Below are positions 31,818 through 44,110 of a DNA stretch of 64,000 bases, piece after piece (position 1 is the first letter of the stretch; each line of letters begins with the position of its first letter). The translations under genes and the position numbers were made by a program. The notes below the pieces were generated by a model that was not told the origin of the DNA, searched no databases, and saw only the letters and a list, made by a program, of their open reading frames with translations. Source of the stretch: Dimorphilus gyrociliatus (taxonomy: Eukaryota > Animalia > Annelida); contig CAJFCJ010000006.1 in NCBI GenBank assembly GCA_904063045.1, positions 2,594,946 to 2,658,945 of the forward strand, read 5' to 3'.

Positions 31818-32751
31818 TTATAACAATCGACACAAAAGACAGAAAAAGAAGGCAATTGAATTCATATATACGTAATCTATATAATTTAATTTTAATCTTT
31901 TAACGTATATATAACCAACTAGCAAAGTTAAAGCATCAGCGATAAAGAGACAAACATCTCGTGATTGCTGATATAATGCACCTTGACCATTAATTACGTT
32001 ACTGATAAACTGATCAAAACTAGCACCGTAAACATGGCATAGACTTATAGTAAATATAATTTTACAGCTTAAGGAGTCGGGTGTTTTCCTGTTATCACTG
32101 TAATACGTAGCTAGAACAGTCGATATCATTTCAGTAAGTGAGAAAAGCAGCTGGTGTAAAAGCTGATTGTAAAAGTTATCATTAAAATAGTTTATCAAAC
32201 ACCAGAAACTATAGTAATGAGAATAGATGGAAATAAAAGAGGAAATAGCCATCAAATAATTCAGTTGTTTTTTGAGTAACAATTTCACCAGTCGACAACA
32301 AATTTCGTAAACAGAAATAATAAATAAAACTATAGTAATCCATATAAATGCCGATTCTTTAGTTGCGTTAAAGTATATGTGATGATAAATACCGGGTTGT
32401 TCTTCGTATACACCTGTGATTATCTTTATATAATTCGAGAATTTAATGTATTAGGCTACCTTTAAAAATAGAATCCCAACACGAGCATGAGCATTCTTCT
32501 TTATCTATTGTAAGCTTATACGGAACCCAGTATCTACGTAAGACATATTATTTATTTCCAACTATTAACACTAAATAAACATTAAAAATCTTACATTCTA
32601 TAGAGAGATAATTGAATTATTGGGATAATTATAGGTAAAAACACACCTGAAATATGAAAGATATAATAAACAAAAAGTGTTTAAATAGTTGGCAACAGTT
32701 TTTTTTACCAATCGAGAGGCTACTTATAAATATTAGCGCATTTCGAAACAT
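31818..32751 (-). CDS. Uncharacterised 254-aa multipass membrane protein with a CxCxCWD motif, 4 exons
   Basis: Exons 32751-32709, 32646-32595, 32533-32460 and 32413-31818 are phase-consistent: MFRNALIFISSLSIGVFLPIIIPIIQLSLY..YWVPYKLTIDKEECSCSCWDSIFKGVYEEQPGIYHHIYFNAT.., followed by several hydrophobic helices. Confidence 0.8.
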
Positions 32752-32970
32752 ATTAGATTTACAACCATTTGAGAGGTGTAATTGTCTTCAAACGCGAGCG
32801 ATAATATAAATTTCGTGAATAAAAGAAGGACAACGTGAAATTAAAAGGTATTCCAATTTAAAGTTGCCAAAAAAAATATTTAAGATAAAGATAAAAATCT
32901 TAAATATTTCTCTAAAGCTGATAAGCACCTTAAATCGCCTAACTATTTTGTAGGTGTGTGATAGTTCCGT

Positions 32971-33031
32971 GTTGTTAATGGCAACTAATTAAACAAACCG
33001 ATTCAGTAGGTCTATTGGTGGCCGTAGCAAC
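32971..33031. promoter_or_regulatory. Two RFX X-boxes (GTTGTTAATGGCAAC 32971-32985; GTGGCCGTAGCAAC 33018-33031)
   Basis: Both match, one imperfectly, the X-box palindrome GTTNCC-N(0-3)-RGYAAC and lie 60-120 bp upstream of a ciliary axonemal gene. Confidence 0.7.
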
Positions 33032-33091
33032 TCAAACAAAACCTCTATTAGCAGGGACTAAATACCTAGAAATATTCTTGAGATACGAACC

Positions 33092-34963
33092 ATGACAAAA
33101 TACTGCGTTTGTCAAATATGTAACTGCGGGTAAGTTGAATAATAATGATTTATTAAATAACTTTGATCTAGTCATAAAGAAACTAATAAACTTTTATGTG
33201 AAATTAAAGGAGACACCATTGTCCGGTTCATAAGCGTGGAGTTTTACGGGCAAAGAGTACTGGACCATGTCCAATTACGGAATATAATCAGAGATATAAG
33301 GAACATCCCTTACACCCTACTAAAACAGCCAAACCCGAAGCAACAGCTTTTAGAAGCGAACACCCTTTGGATGATAAAACGACACATAGGTAAATTATTT
33401 GTTATATCTATTGTCATTTCATATTTTCTTCCTTCTAGTTTTTCACTTTATTAATTTTTCGGATAATTCTAGATAAATATAAGACTTTTAATAAGATTGT
33501 TATCACTTTGCTACCAAATAACACTTCTTTTGAAACTTTTCTCTCATTTTCAGGAGAGATTTCATTAAACATCCTCTTGAGAGACCACATGTTCATCAAG
33601 CAGAAGATTATAAGAAGCCAGAAGGAAACTTTGAAGACATGACAAACTATCGCAAAGACTATGACCGTAAGTGAGCTTGTAGCTAAATTTAGACTCGGTT
33701 AATTATTTGCATACCTAAAATACCTTAGGTAAACAAGGAGAAAGGGCTAGAGCTGTGAAACCTGTTGATTTGAAGAAGGCCTTAGGACCATTTAAAGGGG
33801 AACCTACATATAAAAGTTCGTTTTATTTTGCTATTTGCAAAATTATGGATTATCATTCTTTAAAATAGGATTTGATTAGATCGATAGATTCTAATTGTCT
33901 TATCGATTCTATCTAATAAATATGAATATAGTTGTTCTGCCTTGTTTTAGGTGACTTCAGGAAATGGCCAATAGACCGCCATCTTCCTCATGTCAAAACT
34001 GATTATGCTCCTCCAGAGGCTAAATTCGAAGGTTTACCTACTTATAAGAAAGATTACATAAAATATAACGAAGCCCCAAGACAATCAATGAAACCTGTTG
34101 AGTTGGCTAGAGGACCAGATCAACCGTTTGACGATAGAACTGGATACAGAGATCATTATATTAAACATCCTCTACCAGAGAAAGCACTTAAGGAAAAGGA
34201 ATGTTGGAAACCTAACAAGGCTCCATTGGATGGATTATCAAATTATAAGAAGGATTATGTTGAAAAGCACGGCGGACCTATGGCCAGCTGTAAACCAGAC
34301 GCATCGGCGTTTAAGAGTGGCGCTCCACTGGAAGATACGACTACACATAGAAATGACTTTAAGAAATGGGATGCTGAACGACCCTTCGTTCACGAACCTG
34401 ATCAGTATCGAAAGCCAGAAGGAAATATTGATTTAAATACAACGCATAAAACAGATTTCACTCAAAAACCTTTATCTAAACCAAAATCGATGAAACCACT
34501 CGATGCTAAGAAAGTACCGGGAAATTTTACAGATAAGACAAATTATAAGGATGATTACAAGAAGTGGCATATGGAAAGGGAAAGACCAGTGGTTAAAGCC
34601 GATTACTCCCCTCCAGAAGCTCCTTTCGAAGGCCTACCTACGTACAAGAAAGACTATGTTAAATACAACGAAGCACCGAGAAAATTAATGAGACCAGCAG
34701 AAGGCGGTATTCAAAGCGATGCTCCTTTCGATGATCAAACAATGTACAGAACAGAGTACATTAAGAAGGACAATCCACCTTGCCCTGCCGCTATAATAGA
34801 ATCAGCGAGTTCAAAATTCCAATTTAAAGAGCAGGATGACAGCGGTCATAAATGGTATGAACCTGTAAATGGTAAGTCGTCAATGACAACTCAACCAGTA
34901 CCAAGAACTTACAGCGCCTCTCAACAAATTAAGAATAATAACGAAGGTCTAGTATGTGCTTAG
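33092..34963 (+). CDS. SAXO: Stabilizer of axonemal microtubules (SAXO/FAM154), Mn-repeat microtubule inner protein, 5 exons
   Basis: N-terminal MTKYCVCQICNCG|RHHCP motif of SAXO1/2, then twelve T-x-Y/H-x-x-D-Y/F Mn modules. Exons begin at 33092, about 33210, 33555, 33730 and 33951. Confidence 0.9.
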
Positions 34964-35721
34964 TTGCAAATTCTCTTTATGCTCCTTGAAATACACAACA
35001 ACAATTATGCCATATACATTTAAGATATATAAATATATTCACCATATATTCAGTATATATACTGTATATATATATATAAATTTTATTGATTCAATTGACA
35101 ATTTAATCTAAATTTTACAATGAGCAGGTTAAATCGAAATAAGATATAAATCATCTTTTATCTTATGCACATAAAGTAGCAGAAATTTTTTTAATGTTGT
35201 AATGTCCAAATAAACCATTATCTGATAAATAATTCATTTTATAACTATATTTGAAATGTTTTGAAAACTACTTGAACAAATATGAACTGTTAGAAAAGAC
35301 TTGTTCAAAACATTCTTTTAACAATTCGCCATTGCTACTGAAAACAAATTGATAAAACTAAATATATTTAATAACATAAGTGAAGTTCAATGGTTGACAT
35401 TTACTTTGTCATAGTTAATTAAGGAATTTTTTCAATTCATTAGCTTATTATCGTATCATTTAACTTTCTATATTTTATGAATTTCATTATGAATTAATCA
35501 AGTGTTAAAGGGGTAAAAATATAATATCGTTTCTATGGTTACGAATTTGATGTAATACTATTTTTTTGGGAATCTTTCGAAGCATTTTCTTAAGTTAAAA
35601 GGAAAAGATAATCAAGGTGTCGACAGGCTCTATTTATTGAATATTTATTACTAAAGGGTGATTAATTAGATATATTCCTTTTTTTTTCACGAATCATCAT
35701 TAGTGAATTGATTCTCATTCA

Positions 35722-35731
35722 GTCACGTGAT
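35722..35731. promoter_or_regulatory. RTCACGTGAY E-box (USF/MiT-TFE CLEAR-type), one of eight in the window
   Basis: GTCACGTGAT about 560 bp upstream of the PGD ATG. Confidence 0.5.
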
Positions 35732-36288
35732 AATCACCTGAATTATTACTTTAATATATTTTCCGTAAGCTCTTACACTTTTTCCCAATAATTTTTAAAG
35801 GAAGCTGTTAAGAATGGATAAAGGGATTTTTAACAGTATTCTTTCTACATTAATGTCCACATAGAGAAAGGTTAAATTGATTTTTATCTCGAGATAAAAG
35901 TTTTTATAAATGTCAAGGTCATGGAAATGCCATCGAGGCGCGCAATAAAACCTCACAGTTAATTGTACCGAACATTTGATTAATTGGGAGCTAAGAGTAA
36001 GCATTTCAAATATAGCGATTGAATTATATAATATGTTAAATTGTTAAATATACTAATTTATAGTTTTAGAATGTATCAATCTATTAAAAAGTGAAATAAT
36101 TATTCGATTTTGTCATTTTCTGATGAAAATATAATTTACAAGTAGTTTGGATATTTATATTAATTATTACTAATTTTTTTGTAAATTAGTCATATTTTAA
36201 GTAAACCTAATAATTTCTTTAAATCAGAAAATTATTTAATCCAGTTTATACGAAAATCTAAATCGTCTGCTTCAGTTGTAGATTGAAA

Positions 36289-39103
36289 ATGGCTGCAAAC
36301 AGTAAAACCGCAAAGTAAGTTACTTTATTTAATACTTTAACGTTTAAATACGATTTGACAATGAATTGTTTTTAGTTAAAGATATTCTTAACATGTTAAA
36401 CATTATTTTTATGTGATTTATAGGCCTTAAATCATCTTTATGATTGCTTAATATGTAAATTATAATATCGTACGATAAATTTCATAAGGGACGTTCCGAT
36501 TCTTTAAAATATAGCCTGATTGTTAAAGAAATATGAAGACATTTAACAAAGATATTTAAATGTCTATTAATTTTTTGGAAAATGTTTAAATATTGCAAGG
36601 AAAGAGGGAAACATTTAATTAAATTAAAAAACTGATGTTCACAAAGAATTTAACATCTGTGTCCTTTCATAATGAGGGTTCAATGCTATTTGTACCACAT
36701 CCTGTTACATCCCTAAAGTCAATCTGTTTCACAAAAAATTTTAATTAATGTAGTAATTTGATGACCTAATTCTATTTTATTTCCTTATTAATATTGTTCT
36801 ATTTTTACATACATATATAATTCTTTTTTTTATCTATTTCAGGGCTGACATTGCTCTCATAGGTCTGGCCGTTATGGGCCAGAACCTGATACTTAACATG
36901 AACGACCATGGCTTTGTTGTAAGTTATAATTTTTTTTTCGATTTTATGTTTATAGAATAATTATGATAATTACATAATCGTTCATTTTCACAGGTGTGCG
37001 CATATAACAGAACCGTTGAAAAAGTAGATAGATTCTTGGAAAATGAAGCTAAAGGAACCAAAGTTATTGGTGGTAGATCGTTACAGGTTAATAACTGTTT
37101 AATTGCAATTAATTGTCTCAACTAATATTATTATTACATAAAAACTATAGGATATGGTTAGCAAGTTGAAGAAACCAAGAAGAATTATGTTACTCGTAAA
37201 AGCAGGTTCAGCTGTTGATGATTTCATTGACAATTTGGTACTTGAATTACACAATATAATTATTTATAAATAGTCATTGCAAAAAAAACATTAATTTTTT
37301 TTTCGTTTAACAGTTGCCTCTATTGGAGAAAGGCGATATTATAATTGATGGGGGAAATTCAGAATACAACGATTCTATTGTAATTAGCTTTTTTTTTTGT
37401 ATTAAATTATTTCTTATCAATCATTTGATAATAACTAATATAATGCTAACTTTTTTGTTTAAAAATATCTAATTTAGAGGAGATGTAAATCTTTAGAAGA
37501 GAAAGGATTTCTTTTTGTTGGTAGTGGCGTTAGTGGAGGTGAAGACGGAGCTCGCTATGGTCCATCCTTAATGCCTGGTGGTTCAACTGCTGCTTGGTAA
37601 GAAAAGAGCTGTTTGACCTAACTAATTCAAAATAAATCTTTGAAACTTTTCTTATAGGCCACACATTAAAGATATTTTCCAATCAATTTCGGCAAAGGCT
37701 GACGGAGAACCTTGCTGTGATTGGGTAAATCCAATATCTTCAATAAATCCCCAATACTGAATAATAATTTGTCTTACTTTAACATATATATATATATGTA
37801 GGTTGGTGATGAAGGAGCAGGCCATTTTGTTAAGATGGTTCACAATGGTATTGAATATGGAGATATGCAGTTGATTTGCGAAGCTTATCATCTTATGAAA
37901 CAAGCTTTGGGTATGTCCTGCCAGGAAATGTCCGAAGTATTAACTGAATGGAACAAAGGAGAATTGGAATCTTTCCTTATTGAAATTACCGCTGATATTC
38001 TTAAATTTAACGATAAGGATGGTAAGCCTCTCGTTGAAAAAATTCGTGACACTGCCGGTCAAAAGGGAACTGGAAAATGGACGGCAATTTCTGCATTAGA
38101 TTCGGGCATTCCTTTAACTCTCATCGGTAAGATTAAGAGAAACTGTGTTAAAGCATTGAGTAAGATAAAATTATATATGATAAATGTTAAAAACAGCTGA
38201 AGCCGTCTTTGCTCGTTGCTTGTCATCTTTGAAAGACGAGAGATTAGAAGCTGCAAAGCAATTAACAGGACCTTCAAATGCTAAGTATGCTGGTGACAAA
38301 AAGCAATTTATTGAACATATCAGAAAGGTAAAGGCCATTTTGATTTTTCAAAAGGCAAATTGTTACTATAATATCTTTTAATTTCCTTGATAGGCGCTTT
38401 ACGCTTCAAAAATAGTCTCATATGCCCAGGGATTTATGCTTATGAGGCAGGTAGCCAAAGACAAAAATTGGAAATTGAATATGGGTGGTATAGCTTTGAT
38501 GTGGAGAGGCGGTTGCATCATCAGAAGGTTTTATTTTCATATATATACCTAGCCATACTCATTAATATTTTGTCTTTTTTATTGTTAATTTAGCATTTTC
38601 CTTGGTGAAATAAAGAAAGCTTTTGACAAAAATCCAAGTTTAAGTAACTTAATCTTAGATGATTTCTTCAAAAAAGCAATTTTGAATTGTCAAGTAAGAA
38701 TTTCTTTTTACTTAATCAATGAATTTTAATGATGCTAATTATAAATCTCATGAAAGGAATCGTGGCGTAAAGTCGTTAGTGAAGCTGTTTTACTAGGAAT
38801 TCCAACCCCTGCGTTCAGTACGGCTTTGGCCTTTTATGATGGATACAGATCAGGCTGGCTTCCTGCCAATATGATTCAAGTAAGTTCCCAGTCAATAAAT
38901 ATATTTATAATCATAGACGGCTTTAACGATCTCTTTTAACGATGTAATTATTTGTATTCTATAATTTAACTTTTATTCAATAGGCTCAAAGAGATTACTT
39001 TGGAGCCCATACGTATGAATTATTGTCGGAACCTGGTCGATGGATTCATACTAATTGGACTGGACACGGTGGAAATGTCGCTTCATCTACGTACAACGCG
39101 TAA
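36289..39103 (+). CDS. PGD: 6-phosphogluconate dehydrogenase (decarboxylating), multi-exon
   Basis: [83 protein letters not shown], and the C-terminal [17 protein letters not shown] introns lie between these segments. Confidence 0.97.
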
Positions 39104-39200
39104 TCAACACTATTGTAGATCAAATTTATCCACGCACTTATCAAAAATATAGAAATCTTACGATAAACAACATTAATTTACGATTTAAAGTTTTCTTTTA

Positions 39201-40304
39201 TTAACCAGTTGTACTAATTATAGTTGTTCTTGATATACTTCTTGTAAATTCTATTCTACCATGAGTTTCCTGTTGACTATATCTCCAAAACTTTAACATA
39301 TCCATATAAGATTCTCTAAACGTTTCCAAACTGAATGCGTAAATTATCGGATTACAAACGCTATTTAAAAGTAGCAAAATGAAAACTGTCGATAAAAGCC
39401 AAGAATCATTTGACCAATTATACTCCTCTTCCTTATGATCCACTCTAATTAGATAGATGATGATAAATGGTAGATTACACATTAAGAATAAGAACACAAG
39501 TGGGCATAGTTTTAGAGCTGTCCTATTATGGCTGTGCTCCCTGTCAGTTGTTTTGAAAATTGGAGCTAAAAGTTTGTTCTTTTTCGTCTTGTAAATAATT
39601 ATAAGGTATATAAATATGGTCCCGAATACCAGAGAAGAGAGAAATATCAAACTCGATACTATATATTCCTTTGTAAATACTTTTACGTAGGAGCATTGAT
39701 CTTTCCAATCCTTAGTTTCTAAATATTTCTCAAAGAAGAATGGTACAAGACAAAAGCATAAATTAAAAACAATAGTACAAATAACAAGGATAATTATCCT
39801 TCTTTGACTTAGAAGGAATTTATAGTGAAGAGGACGTAGGAGAGATAGCAAACGATGAACGGAAAGTACTGGAAAATCATGTATAAAAGAGAGAATAAGA
39901 TTACAATGTATATTAAAAATTAACTTACGAAATATGAAGGATATAGAACAGGAAACTGGGATCATAATACACGTAAATTTGAGTATGCATACATGATAAT
40001 TCTTTTGTAGTTCAGGTTGAAGCTTTATAGATATATTTAAGAGAGCAGTAAAACCAGTCACTAAGTCACTCAATGATAAGGCAGCAACAAAAATATTGAC
40101 TCTTTTTCTAACTTTTCCATATTTATAAAAAACCAGCAATACTAGTATATTACCTAGAATGCTGGCAAAGGCTATTACTGTTTGAGCAACTATTTCAACA
40201 GTCGTATTCTCACTTATTCCCGACTTTCTAGAATTCGATATTAATTGGTGTATTAGGTCCTTATTTGTAACATTTTCCTGCACACTGTTACTTCTCATTT
40301 CCAA
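39201..40304 (-). CDS. Orphan class A (rhodopsin-like) GPCR; one 60-nt intron at 39869-39928
   Basis: Seven hydrophobic segments with GN..V (TM1), LSLSDL (TM2), HRL at the DRY position, CNLP (TM6) and CNPIIY (NPxxY). Confidence 0.88.
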   Translation of the reverse strand: MEMRSNSVQENVTNKDLIHQLISNSRKSGISENTTVEIVAQTVIAFASILGNILVLLVFYKYGKVRKRVNIFVAALSLSDLVTGFTALLNISIKLQPELQKNYHVCILKFTCIMIPVSCSISFIFRKLIFNIHCNLILSFIHDFPVLSVHRLLSLLRPLHYKFLLSQRRIIILVICTIVFNLCFCLVPFFFEKYLETKDWKDQCSYVKVFTKEYIVSSLIFLSSLVFGTIFIYLIIIYKTKKNKLLAPIFKTTDREHSHNRTALKLCPLVFLFLMCNLPFIIIYLIRVDHKEEEYNWSNDSWLLSTVFILLLLNSVCNPIIYAFSLETFRESYMDMLKFWRYSQQETHGRIEFTRSISRTTIISTTG

Positions 40305-40649
40305 CGTGCAATAAAAATTCCAAGTATTAAATTAAACTGGACGCAAATGGTTTAAATACTTATCTATGTTAAGTAGGAAAAATAGTACGAATAGATAACT
40401 TTAATTACCACGCTACATCAACAACAAAAAAAGTGTAAACGAAAGATAAGATGGAATTTAAAAAAATGCTAATAAATTAACAAAGTTTTTTTTTAAATCC
40501 TTAAAATTTTATATGCCAGCGAAATAAGTATTTAACAATATATTTCAACTAATTTATACAAAGTTATTTCGTCTATTTTTCGAACAAGTGGCATATATCT
40601 GAATAACGAATACGAAAGAAAAAGAATAACATAATAAAGGTTCGTGCAA

Positions 40650-43061
40650 TTAACTTTCAGAATGCTTTTTCTTCTTTTTCTTTTTAACAATCGATTCTTC
40701 TTCGTCCTGTCCATTTTCCTGTGCCCTCTTCTTCTTCTTCGATTTCTTTACAGGTGTTTCTTCTTCTTCTTCTTCTTCTTGAACCTTTTTCTTTTTCTTC
40801 TTTTTCACTACAACTTCTTCCTCTTCATCTTCTTTTTGTTTTTTCTTTTTATCTTTCTTCTTTTTAGGAGTGGGTTCTTCCTCCTCTTCCTCTTCTACTT
40901 GCTTCTTCTTTTTGTCCTTCTTCTTTTTAGGTGTGGGTTCTTCCTCCTCTTCCTCTTCCTCTTCAACTTGCTTCTTCTTTTTTTCCTTCTTCTTCTTAGG
41001 AGTAGGTTCTTCTTGCTCTTCTACTTCTTCTGTTTTTCTTTTCTTATCCTTCTTTTTCTTTTTCTTTGTCTGGTTTGCTTTTTCAATCTCGAACTGCAAA
41101 AAAATACCTCAATTGCTTATAAAAATTTTAAAGGATATAAAAGCGTTTTACTTCAGCAACAGCCTCTTGCATAACGTCGTTATTTTTCTTTGGAATATCA
41201 CCCGACTCTAAAAATTTCAAACGATCCTCTACTTGTTTCTTCATATGTTCACCAAAAACTTTGGTTGGCATTTCATTGAAGCAATCAATTCTTGAGGCGA
41301 TCGAACATTTATTGGCGAGGTATCTATAAATATCATAATTGAAACATGAAGATATGACATTTTTAATTATTTTACCTGGAAATTCTGCCCTTGTTTTTAG
41401 CTACAGCTTTTGAAATGAAAGCTGAGTGAAAAATCAACCCGTATTTAGGTGTTGCGCCCCTTGTTTTAAGAGCTCTGAACAGAGCTTTCTCAGCTCCCAA
41501 AATTTGTACAGTTGAAGCAGGAAACTTGGCCAAATTTGTTAAACTTCCAGCGTGTGATATAAGTTTAGCTCCAACATTCTCACCAATTAAGGCACTCAAA
41601 TTTGGTGCAATGTCATTCATACGACCAGTAAAGTATGTATATAGCTGTTTTCTATAATCAGCCAACCGAATAACTTTGTCTGCGAATACCAAAATATTCA
41701 TCAAATCCATTTCAGCAATATCCATTCCCATAGATGACTTGGCTGCGTCTATGATCGCAGTAGCCTTTGAAGTATCCATAACTATTTCTTCCAATTTTTC
41801 CAAAGATTCACTTGTTAAGTCTTTTCGATTTTTAATGCATTTAATCACCTAAATATTAGTTAGAGGAAAATTAAACGAATGATCATCAAGAGTTGTTTGT
41901 CTCCTCACCTTTGCAAACATATAGTTTTCATTTACTATGGAAAAAAGCTCTGGAAAATGATATGAATACCATTCCCTGATTCTCATGGAAAATGTGTTGA
42001 TATCTTTATCCAATTGCTCCAGCAAAGCAACACTTTGAATGATCATGTTATCGACTTTATTGACGTTAAATTTCACTTTGGATCTAGAATAACTGTGACC
42101 CAAACCCAATTGAGCAGTGTCGCTAACTTTAGCATCCAGACCTTTAATAAGCTTTGAAAAATGTAATCTGATTCCTCTCATAAGTTCTACGGCAACGCCA
42201 GTATGTAGACATGGTACTTGTAATTCTTCATTGATAGCTCCTCCGATTTTAGGATCTCCCACTGCCAAAATAACTTTTTTCTTCTTTTTCGATTTTGGCA
42301 GATTCATTTCCAAAAAGTCTTGCAGTTCAGCATTCAGAACGCCTAAATGACAAAAGGAAAAAATCAGATGGTTTTGATAAAGTCATAATTGATATACCAC
42401 ATGCTTATAATCAATATTAATCGATAATTTCAACATTTTTAAAGCATAGAAATCTTTAACGATAGGTATTATAACAGTTACAGCATGTATCTTGGAAACG
42501 CTTCTATTAGAAAGGAATTAAGTATGAAAGTTTTACTGCGTAGAATATGAACACGATATTAAAAAACAGCGCCTTTGAAACATAGTGCTTAATAAGATGC
42601 AAATTATCTTGTTACAGCGACAAACATTCTTATAGGTAATTCCAGAAATTTGTGTACTACTTACCTTCCGAGATAGAGTTGATTCCATCTAGTGAATTTG
42701 CTTGACTTTTAAAGGGCTGAAACGCCAGCAACTGAACTACTGAATTAAATTTTCCCAAATCTAAAACGCTTTCTTCAACTTGTGGTTGCATTAAACCAAC
42801 CTCCTCGAATTCTTTAACAGTAAAGAGGGCAAAACCCACAGCATGTTCAAAAAGCACATGTGAGACCTGTAATACAACGTGACTTTTTTAAAATGTTGTT
42901 TTTTTATGAGTTTGAATGAGTTTTAAAGTTTAAAATTAAGCATCATAGATGCTATATAATATAATTATATTATATTAATATATTTCAAGACTTATTGCAC
43001 ACTTTGCTGTAAGATATTAGCTTTAATTGAGAGCGATAATGAAAATCAAACTTACCGCCAT
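40650..43061 (-). CDS. NOP56: Nucleolar protein 56 (box C/D snoRNP core)
   Basis: ATGGCG first exon, then [76 protein letters not shown], and a KKE/D-rich tail with [11 protein letters not shown] repeats. Confidence 0.97.
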
Positions 43062-43289
43062 CTTGAAATATAGAATGTCCATAAACTTCGGAAGATAATT
43101 CGATAACAATGTATCTCTTGATAAAATATCTTAAATTAAAAGGCTTGAAAGTTTTTAAAAATTCATTAAAAACTTACAAAAAGGGTTTTTAATAAAAAAT
43201 ATTTTACGAAATAACACTCCAAAAAACCGGACATAAAATATTCGCGCAGTGCACCATAGCCGACTTTGATAGATTACTAGAATTTGAAA

Positions 43290-44110
43290 ATGTCTGAACT
43301 GGAGTCATGGATGGAAGAAGCTGGTTGGATTAGTCGAAACAGCAAAAGCCGGCCAGATGCTTTTTATTATTATAACAAAAAAACAGGAAAGAGTCAATGG
43401 GAACGACCATCTAAAGAAGCTGAAGCAGATAAGGTGGGTAAGAATATTGATGTCTTGGTGATAAGTTAATCTATTTATATCAACACTTAATAAATGTAAA
43501 AGAAATGCAATAAAAAATTAATTTCGCATTATTCGGCTGGTTCCAGTTAATTTTGAAGTAAAGTTTCAGATATACTTGGATTACTTACTTAGCTGAAAAT
43601 TTTTGTAAAATTATCCTATCCTTTTACATTGAGTTTGACTTTGATTACTCAGATTCTGTCGAAATTAAATTTATATTATTATAATTACTATAACAACACT
43701 CAACTCAAGGTTGTAAAAGTTACTATGGAATCTCTAATGACCTGTAATACAGCATTAATGCTCTGAATGAATAATTTCAGGTTCAATGCCTGCATTTATT
43801 GGTAAAGCATCACAGAAGTAGGCGGCCGTCTTCATGGCGCCAAGATGTTATTACTAGGACCAAAGAAGAAGCCCTCGAAGAGTTGTTGGGCTATAAAGAA
43901 AAGATTGATTCTGGAGTATCTACTTTTGAGGAGTTAGCCAAAACTTACAGCGATTGTTCAAGCGCTCGAAGGAGTGGAGATTTAGGTTCTTTCGGACGAG
44001 GAGCTATGCAAAAACCATTCGAAGAAGCTGCATTTAGTTTGAAAATTGGTGAAATAAGCGACCCAGTCCATACTGATAGCGGAATTCACATTATAAAAAG
44101 GATTGCTTAA
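43290..44110 (+). CDS. PIN1: Peptidyl-prolyl cis-trans isomerase Pin1 (WW plus parvulin), 2 exons
   Basis: Exon 43290-43433 encodes the WW domain (GW...YYYN..T..SQWERP). Exon 43781-44110 encodes the parvulin domain ([38 protein letters not shown]). Confidence 0.96.

Noticed and set aside
40644-41211. Plus-strand Phe/Leu- and Ser-rich ORFs (176 and 113 aa)
   Set aside because: Antisense shadows of the NOP56 KKE/D low-complexity tail.
43056-43065. YY1-like AANATGGC motifs overlapping start codons (NOP56, PGD, TPR gene, 2H gene)
   Set aside because: Cannot be distinguished from the ordinary A-rich Kozak context plus an Ala codon.
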